Assembly (NCBI GenBank): GCA_002633005.1
Contig: NMRA01000097.1
Location: forward strand, 831,734 to 895,733
DNA from: Phoronis australis
Taxonomy: Eukaryota; Animalia; Phoronida
Direction: 5' to 3'
Length of the DNA stretch: 64,000 bases
Both the position numbers and the translations under genes were made by a program. Position 1 is the stretch's first letter. Each line of letters begins with the position of its first letter. Of the stretch, positions 49,740 through 62,400 are shown one piece after another. The notes beneath the pieces were generated by a model, which was not told the DNA's origin, did no database searches, and saw only the letters and a program-made list of their open reading frames with translations.

Positions 49740-52700
49740 TTACCGCCTCCTCTGTGTGCTGATGTACAAAACTGTAAAAATGAAACCTATTAACAAATAA
49801 TTTCTGGTGAAAAACAGGATCCTATATGTGCTAGAGAAGTGTGTTCACATGATAAAGCACGGTTTGCAAGAAGTTATAACTTATGCATGCAAGCACTTCA
49901 TTCGAGCCNGCCTCAGAGAAACAGGAAGTCCGAAAAAAGTAGAAAATGAAACAAAAGCAGTAACTATCAAAATTCGGCAAATGCACAATTCATAGCTTTG
50001 AACGTACACCGCTTTTTCTTAGTGGAAGGTCCACATTCTCAAAATTTCAAGCCCCCCGTCCATTTTTAGGCTGGGTGATGTGAACACAGTAACCTACCAT
50101 TGTTTCCCCTGATGAACGCGTCGCCATATTTATTCTTCAACTGTCCATTAACGTACTCTTCTGTCTGCTCCAAAGCTATGTTCATGTACCCATCAAGGCA
50201 GGACAACACACCTGCAATTAAAATACTTGATTATCCATCCACTTGAACACTGTCTACACAAATCTTATGGACCGTCTAACTAATAACAGTAATTTCATCT
50301 CCTCAACACCTGTCCTTCATGGATGCTGTACCAAGAGAAGTCTACCTATCACGAGATTTAAGCATCCTCACTTTCACATACTTAAGGCCTCATTCATCTA
50401 AGGAGAGATTTTTCAGGAGAGAGGAAATCATCTTCCTCTCCCCCATCGCCACTAATAGCACCCCCACCCCCGTCGGCACCCCTCATCAACTTTGCCAAGT
50501 AAGTACCTAAAACTAATGTCCTGTATTGCTCCAAATCGTTGCCTGTGTTTGTTTCAAGTGATTCTAACCTCGGAAAGATTATTAGTCACTTGATGGATAT
50601 TTTTGAGCCTGACGAGGGAAATTTCATAATTTTTTCAAATATTTTGGGAGGAGTTTGGGCTAATATTTGGCCCCAAAATAGAGGATTCTGTACTTGAAAA
50701 TAAATTATAGTTCACTCTCACTAGACTAGAAAATATTAATTGATTTACTCACTGTTCATTTTTGGCTAAAACAGACATTTAAAGAGTTCCGGGAGGTTTG
50801 TTGTTACTTGATGTGTTGTGTAAACTTGTGTGTATGGTTGTTTTGTCAAAGCCAATCCACACAACCATTTTTTTAATTCCCACAGTCAATCTCAGTAATT
50901 TGCTGAACTCTTTTCAATTGTCAAAGGTGCCAAACTTGAATTTTGATGGTGATGTAGAAAAATCCACCAGTACTGAGACTTGAACCGGGTATCTCTAGTG
51001 CGTAAGTACACTTTTTGTCCATTACCAAGCGGTTTAGAGAGGCTTTTTTCAACAGTACGCCACACTCGGAATCAGATTTCACGTGTTCTGGGGGTGACTA
51101 AGTCTCCTTTCGCCTTCTGCCAGCGAGTCCAGGATCTCACTGTAGATTCACAACAGTTTTGTATCACGACTTTCAGTTTGTATGCTCGACTTTCACGCTG
51201 GGAACCCTGGTTCAATTCTTGGTATTGATTTCTCAACATTGATTTCTCATTCACTTCTTTTTCCCCTTGTTGTGCCTACTACTCTCACCAGGGGATGTGA
51301 CGTCTTATCCCCTGTCACGAGCAATGCAAAAATGGCTAGTAGCTGATTTGGGAAACTGAACAAAGGACTAGTCTTCTTCTTCTTCTTCTTACGGTTTCAA
51401 AAAATGATCAAAATACTGATCCTTATATGTTAGTGATAAACTGAACTGTGCATAACTATGAAAATAAAAGCAAAACAAAGTGCGGTATAGTGCCAGAATA
51501 AAATTAATTTGTTTACTGAGTAAGGTTGATGTTAGCCTTGGTACAAAGCTGTATATAAATATACAACTTTGCAACGATGTGGGTAAAAAAGTGGTAAGAT
51601 AATATCTGACACAAAATTAGTGCCGTTAAAAACTACTGTTTTCCTTGAGTAAACAAAATTATTTAACAAGGTTGGAAAAAATGGCGTTCTACCAATATTC
51701 TGCTGCTAAAGTTGTGGAGCGATCTTTAGCGACGGGTTTCGGCGCCATGAAATATTGCGTCACCAATTGGCCAGTTTCTTTTGTTGCCGATTTTTTAATC
51801 AACTGCTGTTCTTTCACGAGCTTGCATACACGTCACAACAAATTATTGGAACTGGTTTCACATCATTACAAGTTTTTAGAATTTCGATACCGAAAAACCG
51901 AATTTCAGAACAAATTTTGCTTCTCCGAAGTTGTCGCGAAAATTTAGGAAATGGCGCATAACACAAACATATTGTTTTCAAAACGACGACATACTTTTCA
52001 TTGTTAGAAAAGGCGGAGAGTTACGCAAGAAAATGACGTTTATTGCATTGTTTTTCACTTAAACGGCTGTAACGGGCAAGGTGAGTATCGGTTGATTCCC
52101 AGATTTTGCATGCACCCTGTCCGGTCTTTAGCTTAAACATTTTGATACAAGTTTCACGGCGCAGAACTACCCTGACTGCGTGCAATTTCGGGGTCTACGG
52201 AAGAAATACACACAGTGGTACCTAGCTGTATTTTGACGACAGTCTTCATACAGTTAGCTGGCTGGCTAGGTTGATGTTAGGCAATGACCATCGCCTCTGT
52301 TGGCCCGAACCAGAGACGATGCAGCTTTTGTAGGCGCTCCATACGCCGGAAGCTTTTCGGCGAATTATGCCTCGCACCGACTAAACCATCAAAGTCGCGT
52401 TGTAATAAATACCCTTTGCGCATAGAGGAACACCTTAGGAGGTTGTCGATGTGTTTAATTCCTTCCAACTCGAACACATACTCCCGTTATCAAACTTTTT
52501 CTTCGAGCAGTCCCTATTTCAGTTCCCAAAATCGTGAACTCAACATTTTCACTCGGCGCATGCCAAGAGTTTCTTTTACCAGGCCGAAGGTGTCAGAAGT
52601 TGTGGTCCTACTGGTGAACTTTGAAAGCTGAAGTTCCCGCCCTTTGCGTACATGCTGCCGGGAACCAGCCATGCATATGCCGTGTTGTTAAACATTAAAA

Positions 52701-53401
52701 TTTCAAATATGTGCGCAAAGACTATTAAATGTCATATCAACAGCATTTATTTTTATCAAATACAAACAATAATTCATTGAAATACAATCAAGTAACGCCA
52801 ATTAAAGACAACTATAAGAGGTGGCATTTTGGAAACAAACATTTGACTGACAAGACCGCAATGGATCACCTTTGGCCTATTTAAAGATTGAGGTCATGAA
52901 GTCACATCACCTAGCGAGCACGGTAAAAATTGGAGCGTGCGCAGTATAAAAATGGTGAGTTCACAATTTTGGGAACTGAACGAGTGACTGCTCGAACAAA
53001 AAGTTCGATAACGGAAGTATTTGTTCAAGTTGGAAAGAATTAAACACACCGCCAACCTCCTAAGGTGTCCCTCTATACGCAAAAGGTATATATAACAACG
53101 TGACTTTCATGCTTTAGCCAGTGCGAGGCATAATTCGCCGAAAATCTTCCGGCGTATGGAGTGCCTACAGGAGCTGCATCGCCTCTGCCTCTGGTTCGGG
53201 CTAACAGAGGCGATGGTCATTGCCTAGGTTGATGTTTGAGATGTGAACATCTCTCTAGTCAGAAACAGGAACAGTTGTGTTTTAAAGATTGCTAAGTAAC
53301 TTCCTCTACAAACCTCTGTAATCGACACCAGAATTCAACTTTACAACAACAGGTCTTCCAATAATTTGCTTCAAAAAGTCGCTTGGAGTTTTACGGCTCA
53401 T
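49740..53401 (-). CDS. LSM6: U6 snRNA-associated Sm-like protein LSm6, complete, 77 aa (exons 53314-53401, 50098-50211, 49740-49771)
   Basis: Spliced translation: MSRKTPSDFLKQIIGRPVVVKLNSGVDYRGVLSCLDGYMNIALEQTEEYVNGQLKNKYGDAFIRGNNVLYISTQRRR*, nearly identical to metazoan LSm6. Both introns are phase 1 with canonical splice sites. The gene is absent from the ORF track. Confidence 0.97.
52278..53226. mobile_element. Non-autonomous long-TIR DNA transposon (Mutator-like) in LSM6 intron 1
   Basis: About 310-bp imperfect TIRs starting TAGGCAATGACCATCGCCTCTGT and ending ACAGAGGCGATGGTCATTGCCTA. A perfect 9-bp flanking duplication GGTTGATGT lies at 52269-52277 and 53227-53235. No transposase ORF. 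Confidence 0.85.
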
Positions 53402-53631
53402 GTTTCTTACCCAAGGTGCAGAAACGGAAATGAATATGTGGCGCTACAATTCATAAACCTTGACAAACTTTTACTCTACTTTCATGCATAAAACTTTCAA
53501 AATAGGAAGAAAATATATTTTTTTGCGAAATATGTCACTGTTCGTGTCTCAGATTAATTCTTTTTGGGACGGCAATTACTTTTGACTTCAAAGTCGTCTT
53601 ACGTGACCTAAAGTCACGTGATTTAGTCAAA
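53402..53631. promoter_or_regulatory. Compact bidirectional promoter between LSM6 and HSCB
   Basis: Divergent ATGs 230 bp apart, E-box GTCACGTGA at about 53613, and CAAAATGGCG (YY1-like) overlapping the HSCB ATG. Confidence 0.6.
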
Positions 53632-56600
53632 ATGGCGACCTCCTGTTGGAAGCTGACGCTTGCAATGATGAGAAACGGAATGTTGGTGCCTACCTACCTT
53701 CTTGTATTTTCCATGTTTTTTTCCGTGTTTTCCATGTATTTATTGGTTAAGTGGGGAACTATTTAGTTTTAACATTAAACATCCCGTTAAAGTATCTTTG
53801 TCTCATTAACTTTGTGAAAATGTTCGTTAAGTTTGTTTATTCCTGGACCTGTTAGTGTTAACCACACCTGTTGTCGGTTGACGTTTTGACTTGTGGCTGA
53901 CTTCCCAGTTTAACCAGGAGACAATGTTTCGACAAGTCACGTGTTTACCTCGTAGTCCAATGTTGGGCGGTGGCATGCAACCGAGTTTCGAATTGATCCA
54001 ACTACTGTTCGTGGCTGGTGTGATTCTACCGGCAAAATACAACTGACGTTAATCTTTGGACAAGTCTAACCCTAACCTAGACAAGGTCTATCGTTTCTAC
54101 TGGCATTGGAACAGTTTTGACGAATTATGCCTCGCACTGACTAAAACATCAAAGTCACATTGTTATGAATACCGTTTACGTATAGAGGGACACCTTAGGA
54201 GGCTGTCGTTGTATTTACAATTCCTTCCAATTCGAAAAATTCTCCCATTATCAAACTTTTTCTTTGAGCTGTCCTTCGTTAAGTTCCCAAAATCAGAAAC
54301 TCGTCATTTTTAACACTGCGCGCGATGACCTCCTAAGGTGTCCCTCTATGCGCAAAAAGTATTTTTTACAACGTTACTGATGTTTTAGTCAGTGCGAGGC
54401 ATAATTCTCCGAAAAGCTTCCTGTGTATGAAGCACCTATATGAACTCTACCGTCCTACTGGCATAGGTGGTCACTGTCTAACCGTTACCCTAACCCTAAA
54501 CCTGTGGCTGAAAGTCCTAAACCCTTTGAAGGATCTTTTGGCTAGTTATATGAAACTAATAAACATCTCTAGAAGCATACTGTTTGCAGTTGTGGGTACA
54601 TTTCAACAATTTACATTGCTCTTGTTGAATTTCATATCCATAGTCTGCAAACGGAGGAGTAAGTTTCAGTGATATCGCTCACTTCGATTTTCTGTTCTCA
54701 AACTTTTTAAGTTCACAGCAACAAAGATTTTTATGTCGCTAATTGTTCCCAAGTTCTTCAAGGAACTTTTATTCGTTATATGTTTCATTCCAGATTCCAG
54801 GCATCATTAAATGCAAGAAACTTTTATCCTGATGTAAGAACTGGACAAGCTCTTCTGTTCAACTTTCGGTGTGCACAGTCAGTTAACTACAGTAAAAACT
54901 GCAATGTCCAGTGCTGGAAATGTGGACGGAAGACTGACGTCAGCACGGAAGAGCGGTTTATTTGCTCTGGATGCCAGACAATACAGCCACCACACCCGTG
55001 TCTGAATCATTTTGACGTGATCGGAACAGAGGAAACGTTCAATCTGGATGTGAAGAAGTTAACTTCAACATTCAGGAAACTCCAAATGGAGTTACATCCT
55101 GATAAGTTTTCACAGAAGTCTAAGGTGAATATTTGAAGATCTTCGTCCTTGTGTTATGAAAACTGAAATGGGCTTTGCAAGTCTATGGTGAACAACCAAT
55201 ATTTCTGTAAACTTAAGTAGTTATTGTAAGGATAAGATAAATGATACCTTAAATTGATTTTTGCTCAATTATGGTTATTGTTAAATAAATTCAATCAGAC
55301 ATTCATAGAAATGGCGTGAAAGTTTAGTTATATCAAGTAGTTATGTTAAAAATCCCCACTAATTTCAGACATAAATAATTGCCAAAACCATCTTTTTCAG
55401 TTTTAAGAGACTTCTACCATTGTTGTGATTTCCCATAATTTTTCTAAATGGTGTAAAGAACTTGGAAACGGTACTGGTTTACTTTGGTATTTACCTATCT
55501 TGCATGAAAAAACAAAATAAATTTTACTTGTCAAATTCTGTCTTGAATTGGGGAAGGTTTACAGTATTGCTAGTGAAACTACAACTCTCGCCTGTTACGT
55601 AACAAGTGTGAAGGATCAAGTTCTCATGGAATGTTGCTAGAGTTGTTATTGTAGCTGACTGGTTTCTGTAGTATAGATCACAATTTTTTTTTTTGGTCGA
55701 ACAGGCAGCGTGCACAATATTCCAAAGTTACACAGTCAGTATTTTAATTCATTTACAAACAACAGGATGGGGCTGACGAATAAACTGTAGGTCCTTTCTT
55801 CATGCCTTGTGTTTGCCAGCCCACTTGCCACTCCCACTGTAGCGCCACCTTTCCATCTGAGGAAAAGTTAGATATCCATATCTCACTTGGCACCTGGCCA
55901 CCCTTTGTCATCCTCCAGGTGTTGATGCACTGTCCTGTTGCCCTTGGTTGGCCAATGTGCTCATGCTCAGTGCTGGACAAAAATATTTGTCTCTAGTACT
56001 CTTCATTTGTTTAGCAGACAGTGTGACTGACAAGAGAATTTCTATTTTATTAAATACCTCCAATAAAGTAAGGATTAAACCGTTTTAGTTATTACAAGCA
56101 CGGATTGTGGTGTGTCAATGTCGTTAAAAACAAACTTTGCTGAAACTCCATTGTTTGGCAAAAAGTAAACATCTTTTGGAAAATGGCCAATTTGGTGTTT
56201 ATTTTGGTCTGGAATAAGTGAAGAATTGTCGTAATATGAATTTAACAGTGCAGCTTTCTGAGTTCTGATATTTTGTCATTTCAGGAAGAGAAAGAATTCT
56301 CAGCTTTACAGTCATCTTTACTCAACAAAGCCTACTTCACTCTATTGAAGCCAGTATCCAGAGGATTGTATATGCTTGAACTCAACGGAAAAGCGGTGGA
56401 GGAAGGGGAGGTAATTATGGACCCGGAATTCCTCATGGATGTCATGGAAACCAATGAAAAAATCAACAACGAAGAGAACACAGATACTTTAAAAAGGATA
56501 GAGGAACAGAATGTTCAATTGTTGGACAAGATTTTGATGGAAGTTTCTCAGTGTTTTGAGAGAGGTGATGTGGAGAAAGCAAGAGAGCTGTTGACAAAGA

Positions 56601-56662
56601 TCAAGTATTATTCCAACATTGATGAAAAGATAAAAGAGATCTTTCAGTCTAAATTAGGATAG
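53632..56662 (+). CDS. HSCB: Iron-sulfur cluster co-chaperone HscB/Hsc20, mitochondrial, about 252 aa (exons 53632-53681, 54794-55124, 56285-56662)
   Basis: Tetracysteine motif CWKC...CSGC..IQPP, J-domain with LHPDKF, and HscB C-terminal domain (LLNKAYFTLLKPVSRGLYML, DPEFLMDVME, KIKYY). The first exon (MATSCWKLTLAMMRNG, phase-2 donor GTTGGT) is inferred from phase compatibility and a presequence-like composition, and is less certain. Confidence 0.93.
54077..54480. mobile_element. Internally deleted, older copy of the 52278-53226 element in HSCB intron 1
   Basis: Shares CGAATTATGCCTCGCAC...ACACCTTAGGAGG and its inverted copy CCTCCTAAGGTGTCCCTCTAT...GTGCGAGGCATAATT. Confidence 0.75.
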
Positions 56663-57336
56663 CGTTCTACCTAATGTTGATATTTTTTATTTATTTTTAC
56701 AGTTTAGTTTTAATGTTTTTAATTGTATATTGACTGTTTACATATTAATGTATGAGTGTTGTGTTCTAGTTAGTCACAAACCACAATGTCCAAAACACAA
56801 TATCTTTTTGTGGCTTGTCACATGGCTGAGAAACCAAAAAACTTACACTGTGCAATAAGCCTACATACAGTAGTTTTCAAAGTAAACTAGACAATGTGGA
56901 AATTCCATGCCCTACTGCTACTAAATATCCATTTTCTTTTTCTACTAGAATCTGTTTTAATTCTAGCGATATCTCAACAAAATTTTCAGTTGTTGCTCCA
57001 TCCACGTTGGCGAAATTGTGACAATTAACTGTACAAGTCTATTACATATTAAATATACAATTAGCGACTTGGCGCAATAATGTAACATTAACTCCACCAA
57101 AGATTTGACAAAAATACTACTTTATCGTGACAAGGCTCAACGACTAAACTGCCAATTATTTCTGGAAAGAAATTAGGCATAGTTCTTTTGAGGCCAGTAC
57201 AATTAAAAACTACTGTACAGTCCGTCCTAGTAAACAGCAGACGCATGTTGCAGACGTCTGCTTCATCATCATGCTACCATAGTTGCTTACTTTTGCCTAA
57301 CTTTTGTTCCTATGTTTATGTTGAAGAGATCATTTT

Positions 57337-57528
57337 ATAGACCTTATTCATGCATTTACCATTTTAAAAAAGCCTCTTTAGGTTTAAAAAAACATGTATT
57401 TGAGACATAAATATAATGAGGTACGCGAAAAATTGCGTTTTGCACTGTGATTATGCGCAGAATGCATTGGTTTTTAAAACCTTAAAGGAGGCTCCTTGTA
57501 ATATGGCGACTGCGTGAATAATGAGTAT
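57337..57528. mobile_element. Degenerate foldback MITE between the HSCB and CREB3 3' ends
   Basis: About 55-bp imperfect inverted repeats (TTATTCATGCA...AGCCTCTTTAGGTTTAAAA versus TTTTAAAACCTTAAAGGAGGCT...TGCGTGAATAA). Confidence 0.5.
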
Positions 57529-58000
57529 ACTAAAGACTGTGATGTGATAATCATGAACACAGGAACACACATCACATCCACCAACAATTACGTGAAATGC
57601 ACTTTGTTCTTGGTCTTTACATCAAATCCAGTGTGATCCTTATCACAAGGTTATGTTGTTTCAATCAACAGGATTTTGTGTGTGTGCCGCTGTAGTGCAG
57701 GTCGCAACACTGAATGACATGACCATAATGAAGTATAGGATTGAAAATTTCACTTCCATGGTCGGGAATATTTTTAAAATGCTGAATTCTGTAAGATGGC
57801 AAATTCATTGTTAATTGTATTGCAGTGATAAGTTGTTGCATTGTTTAATGCTTCGTTGAAATCGCAACTGAATGTGGTTTCCAAATGTTTAGCCAAAAAC
57901 AAGACCATTGAATTTTATCGCCCCCACCTCTGTAAATGATCAACTTTGTCTCTGTGTAGTGATCGATAACTCAATACAGAAGCATGTGAATTTAAAATAC

Positions 58001-58006
58001 TTTATT
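58001..58006 (-). terminator. Candidate polyadenylation signal of the CREB3 gene
   Basis: TTTATT on the plus strand, about 1.5 kb downstream of the CREB3 stop codon. Confidence 0.35.
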
Positions 58007-58639
58007 CATATCTGAAAACTAAAACACTGTACAACAACTTACACAGAAGCCAACCAATCAAAACACAAATTAGCAGAAACATGCTGACTGTTCTACTTAT
58101 ATGTTTACAAATCCAACAACAAATAAAGCCCCGCCCAGCGCCATCTTCAAAAATCATAGATTGATTCAGTCCATTTGGCACAAGTCAGTTGAGACTATTG
58201 TGCAAAGAGTACAGACAGTGTTACCACAGTCTCCCCTTTCCAGAGTCCCCAAGCAAAAGAAGCTGGTTAAAAAAGTAAACACTCCAGTTCATGGTCCATT
58301 ATTCCAAATGCAGAGGTACATTCAGGGTCAGTAATTGGGAAATGGAGTTGTCACCTATTGACAAAAGAAATTCTCAAGTGGTTTTTTAGTTTAATGGTAT
58401 TTACAGAGGTTACTGGCCACAACTGACCAAATCAAGAGCATATGCCAAGCAAAATTCAGCTTTGAGTAAGCAGAGACTACAAAAATCCCAAAAATATGAA
58501 AGACATGGAGTTAATCTATTTACAATTAGTTGAACGCGTACGATAAAATTTAATAATATCTCTTCAGTTCCAGCTATATTTACATTGCACATTCAAAGAG
58601 TTAAAGTTATGACCCAGAACATGCAGGATGTTTGATGGC

Positions 58640-58928
58640 CTGGGGTCCGATTCATGAAGTCAGAAATTTGGTCCTAAACTCCTCATAACTATTTCTGAAT
58701 AATATTTAAAACTCGCTTGAGCAAAAGTACAAAGTACCTGAGAATATACCCACATTTGCTACGTACTGAGATTTATTTGAAAAAAAAAAATATTATTACA
58801 AGGCCAAAATAATTACAAGGCCATGATGTGTCAATAATTACACGACTAAACTTTTATTCAGTAATTGTGAAGAGGGAGTCCAAGACCACATTTCTGACTC
58901 GAATTACTTTTCACGAAATAGATGCCAA
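58640..58928. mobile_element. Degenerate MITE downstream of the CREB3 stop codon (probably in the 3' UTR)
   Basis: AGTCAGAAATTTGGTCCTAAACTCCTC is inverted relative to GAGGGAGTCCAAGACCACATTTCTGACT. Confidence 0.45.
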
Positions 58929-59487
58929 GAATATATGGAATAACCCTACCTTCTCGCATTAACAATCGTCATTTACACAGCTACACGTATATTTTAAAGG
59001 GGAATTTTTATCACGAGAGCTCACGAGAGCACAAATTCACTAATTACTAGGTAAGAGTAAAACACGCAATCACAAACTTTTAACATCTCATGTAAAACTC
59101 TAGTGCCTCGTAACCCTGTTCTTGGACCATACCTAGTTGACCCAATTTTCTTGACCCGGTTATCCGGTCAAAGGTCAGGTGTACACACAGGTAAAGTTTC
59201 TACTTAGTGCAAATATTACGCTTATACAAAGGATTTGTAATCTCCTTTGACAAATGAAGTAGAACTAAGTGGAATGCATGAAATATCATTTCAAACAGTG
59301 CCGCTGATGCAGTTTTGTAGCACATCAAAATGAGCTGCTTTCCTCCCATCAACCCATCAAGGAATGCCCTTTTAAGTAGACGGACTTTACTTTAATTAAA
59401 ATCAGCGCACTATTCTTTGTGTAACTACATTGGTGACCTTAAATAAAAATGGCAAACAATGATTAATCTTGTGCATTAAATGTGACA

Positions 59488-62400
59488 TCACGTGGCACCA
59501 ATGAGGACACTCTCTTGATTTGACTCAACACCCTGAGGCTCCTGTGAAACCTCCCGTTTCACATTGCTGTTGCTTATACTGTCTCTCAATGAGGTATCTG
59601 AGATTTGTGAGCTCTCATTTATCACAGTCCTCTTTACATCTTCAACGACGTCTCCAGATTCCTTTGATAGAGGGACGGAGTTGTCGACGTGTTTTGATCG
59701 GGTCTCTGATGGTAGTGAAATGGCAGGTGATTTTGGAGGTGTGTCCCACGGGGGACTTGGACGAATGGAGACATCGTCAATGTTGTTGTGGTCTTGCAGT
59801 AAGTTTCTGGACCGGCCTACAAAAATACAAAGGCAGCACTTGCATTAATATGAGGGTTGGTTTTATTTTCATACATTGTTATGCGTCCATTTGTACATTT
59901 TGCTTACTTCTAGCAACACATAATGAAAAATTATGACCATGATCAGTTGAATAGATCATTAATGACTTTTGAAAGTTGGGACAATTAATAGCAGCTTGCG
60001 CCAACCTTTCATAGCGCGAATCAATTTCTAACACACTCGCCTTAGTGAAATTAGAGGAAAACTCGCCATAATAAAAATTTCTAAGCATGCTTCCATCCCA
60101 AAACCACGAACCGAAACGAAGGTTTTAAACATGGTGCTATAAGTCTTAAAGACTTTATTTTCCGTCAGTTGAGGTGTATGGAGTCCAGTTTAAACACCAA
60201 CAAACAGTAATTAGGAGTAAAAACATCCATTGTGTGCAAACAGTATTAAACCTCACAACAACAAACATCAACGTCGCTCACCTGCCAATGGCTTCATCCT
60301 CGCGCCACCATTACGAACCAACGACAAGGGCGTCAAGGCACCGTCCTCGACAGCAAACGGTCCCCAACTGGGCAGGATAATGAAAGCGAAGGAGAGGACG
60401 AGGACCATAACACAAGTGCCCGTCTGCGCCGGTTTACACGAGGCCTGCACCATCGCCTTCAGCCGTTTGAGCTGGTCCAATAGGGAGGTGTTCTCTTTCT
60501 CCAGTGTCGCCACCTTGCGGTGCAACTGTTTGTTTTCTAATGTACAGTGCTTCACTCTGTGCTCCAGGCCTTCCATGTAGTCCTGCTTCTTCTTACGCGA
60601 GTTCTTTGCTGACGCCTAAGAACAGGATGGCGATATGTTAATGATGATTGATGCTGTCGTCAACTTAAAAACTGGCGAAATGTTATGCATATTGTCTTTT
60701 AGCATCATCAAAACTGTGTTTGTTATTCAAGTTATTGCTACAATTATGAGTGCGGGTAAACTTGTAGAAATACAATGGAAAATGGTCAGTGCAAATGTAG
60801 ATAGTCAATAAATAGGTAACTTGATGTAGTACATGCAAGTGTAATCCTGACCAGTTCATAATCATGGATAATAAATATAACATGTAAATGTACTAAGCAA
60901 TTAATGCAACCCAGCCGTGATGCACCTTCCCACAAAGAACCTTAGGTTAAGCAGAACCAAGACATTAGCCATGTATTTGTGGTGAGAAATTTTTGTTTTG
61001 GGATACGAAACAGTGGATTCTGTGCCATACTTTATGAATTCTATCCATAATCCAACATTCCAGCCTCACCAACCTATCAGTGGCCGCAATTTTGCTGGCA
61101 ACGTCAGGACCATACTAGTGAAACACTCAACTTTCATTTAATGAGTGATGATGCGTGATCTTCAGTGACCTTGCTTTTTAGCGATATTCTTGGATCTATG
61201 GAACTGCGTCACTTCTGTTCTCGCCTTATTCCATACTCGGATGAGGATTGTTCCAGTAGTCAGTACTCACTGACAGTTCACTACATCCTGAGACTCAAAC
61301 TAACCCACCCTGTCTAGTAAACTTATTGAGCCTGCCTGGTCTCAGGCAGTAGCCAACTGTAAATTCTTCCCTAGCCCTAAAACTGCCCCTAATCTGACTA
61401 AGGAACTAGATCAGACTACAAGGCTTGGCATGACCAATGACAAAAAAGAGGAATACTTTCCCAGAGATGCATCATTCCACAAATAAATAGGCTTGTGTGA
61501 TAGAAATATTTGTTGTGTTGTAAATTTAAGCGAGATATTAAATGTTTTGGACGAATTAAGTCAAAATAATGATAAAAAGAGACGAAAATGGAGGAAACTG
61601 GAAATCGTATAAGGGAAAATCGAAACCAAAAAAGAGGAAATCCTCTTAAAAGAGGAAAGTTCCAAGTCCTGCAACTAGAGTTATAACAGTAACAGCCAAT
61701 GACGGTAAAATACATATTTTTGTAAGATTGGTTTGTAGTGTCTTCAGTATTAACAGCCAATGGGACATAACGCAGTCTGGCCCTGTTACTCCTTTACCAG
61801 TTTGAAGACTCGAGAAGAAGCCAATTACCTTATTCCTGATCTTCCTGCGGACTGCCTTGAGGACACGCTCCTCCTCCTTGGTCAGGGGCATGTCCACCGG
61901 AAGTTCGTAACCCTCCTTGGACAGTAGGTATTTCTCCTCATCACTCAACCGCAGGTGAGGTAACGACTGCAAATAGATGCAGCAACGTTAGCGATAATAT
62001 AGAATATGGACTAATCATAGCTTCGTCCCAAAATACCACAGAGCCTTGACTGGTTCTGGAATATTTACCCACAATGCTGCATGTCAGTCTGGGACTTGAT
62101 TGTTTACTGTAGCAAAGTGAAGTTTAATGCGGACACCAAGTTGTCAAGCCAGATGAGCGCGCACTATATCGCTCTTTGACTCATCTTGGAAACATTTAGC
62201 AGCCCAACTTTTCGAAAACTAAACAATCATATAGTACATTATTCTGCCTCAACAGAACAGAAAATCATGCTAACAACTTAAAATTCAAAAAACGCTGATT
62301 CAGTTCGTATTTCAACAGTGAAACAGTTAAAGGCAATGACCAGAAGAGACAGCGTTTCCCAGTGCTGGATTCCCATTTCAATAACACTCAAATCCCAGTC

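Noticed and set aside
50960-51230. tRNA-like fragments with B-box-like GGTTCAA on both strands (also about 2450-2560 and 31720-31760)
   Set aside because: No complete cloverleaf. They are probably decayed SINE heads, not tRNA genes.
52277-53082. Mutually similar ORFs (RIEEHLRRL / RIEGHLRRL at 52284, 52894 and 54056) suggesting a small protein family
   Set aside because: They are incidental translations of the repeated TIR, and reading frames are not conserved between copies.
54644-54658. 15-bp frame-preserving candidate micro-exon in HSCB intron 1 with a GTAAGT donor
   Set aside because: It would add acidic residues to the presumed mitochondrial presequence and cannot be supported without transcripts.
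59488-59497. CREB3-binding-like sequence (TCACGTGGCA) overlapping the CREB3 stop codon, and TGACGTGGCA at 28921
   Set aside because: These are short motifs outside promoter context and are expected by chance in 64 kb.
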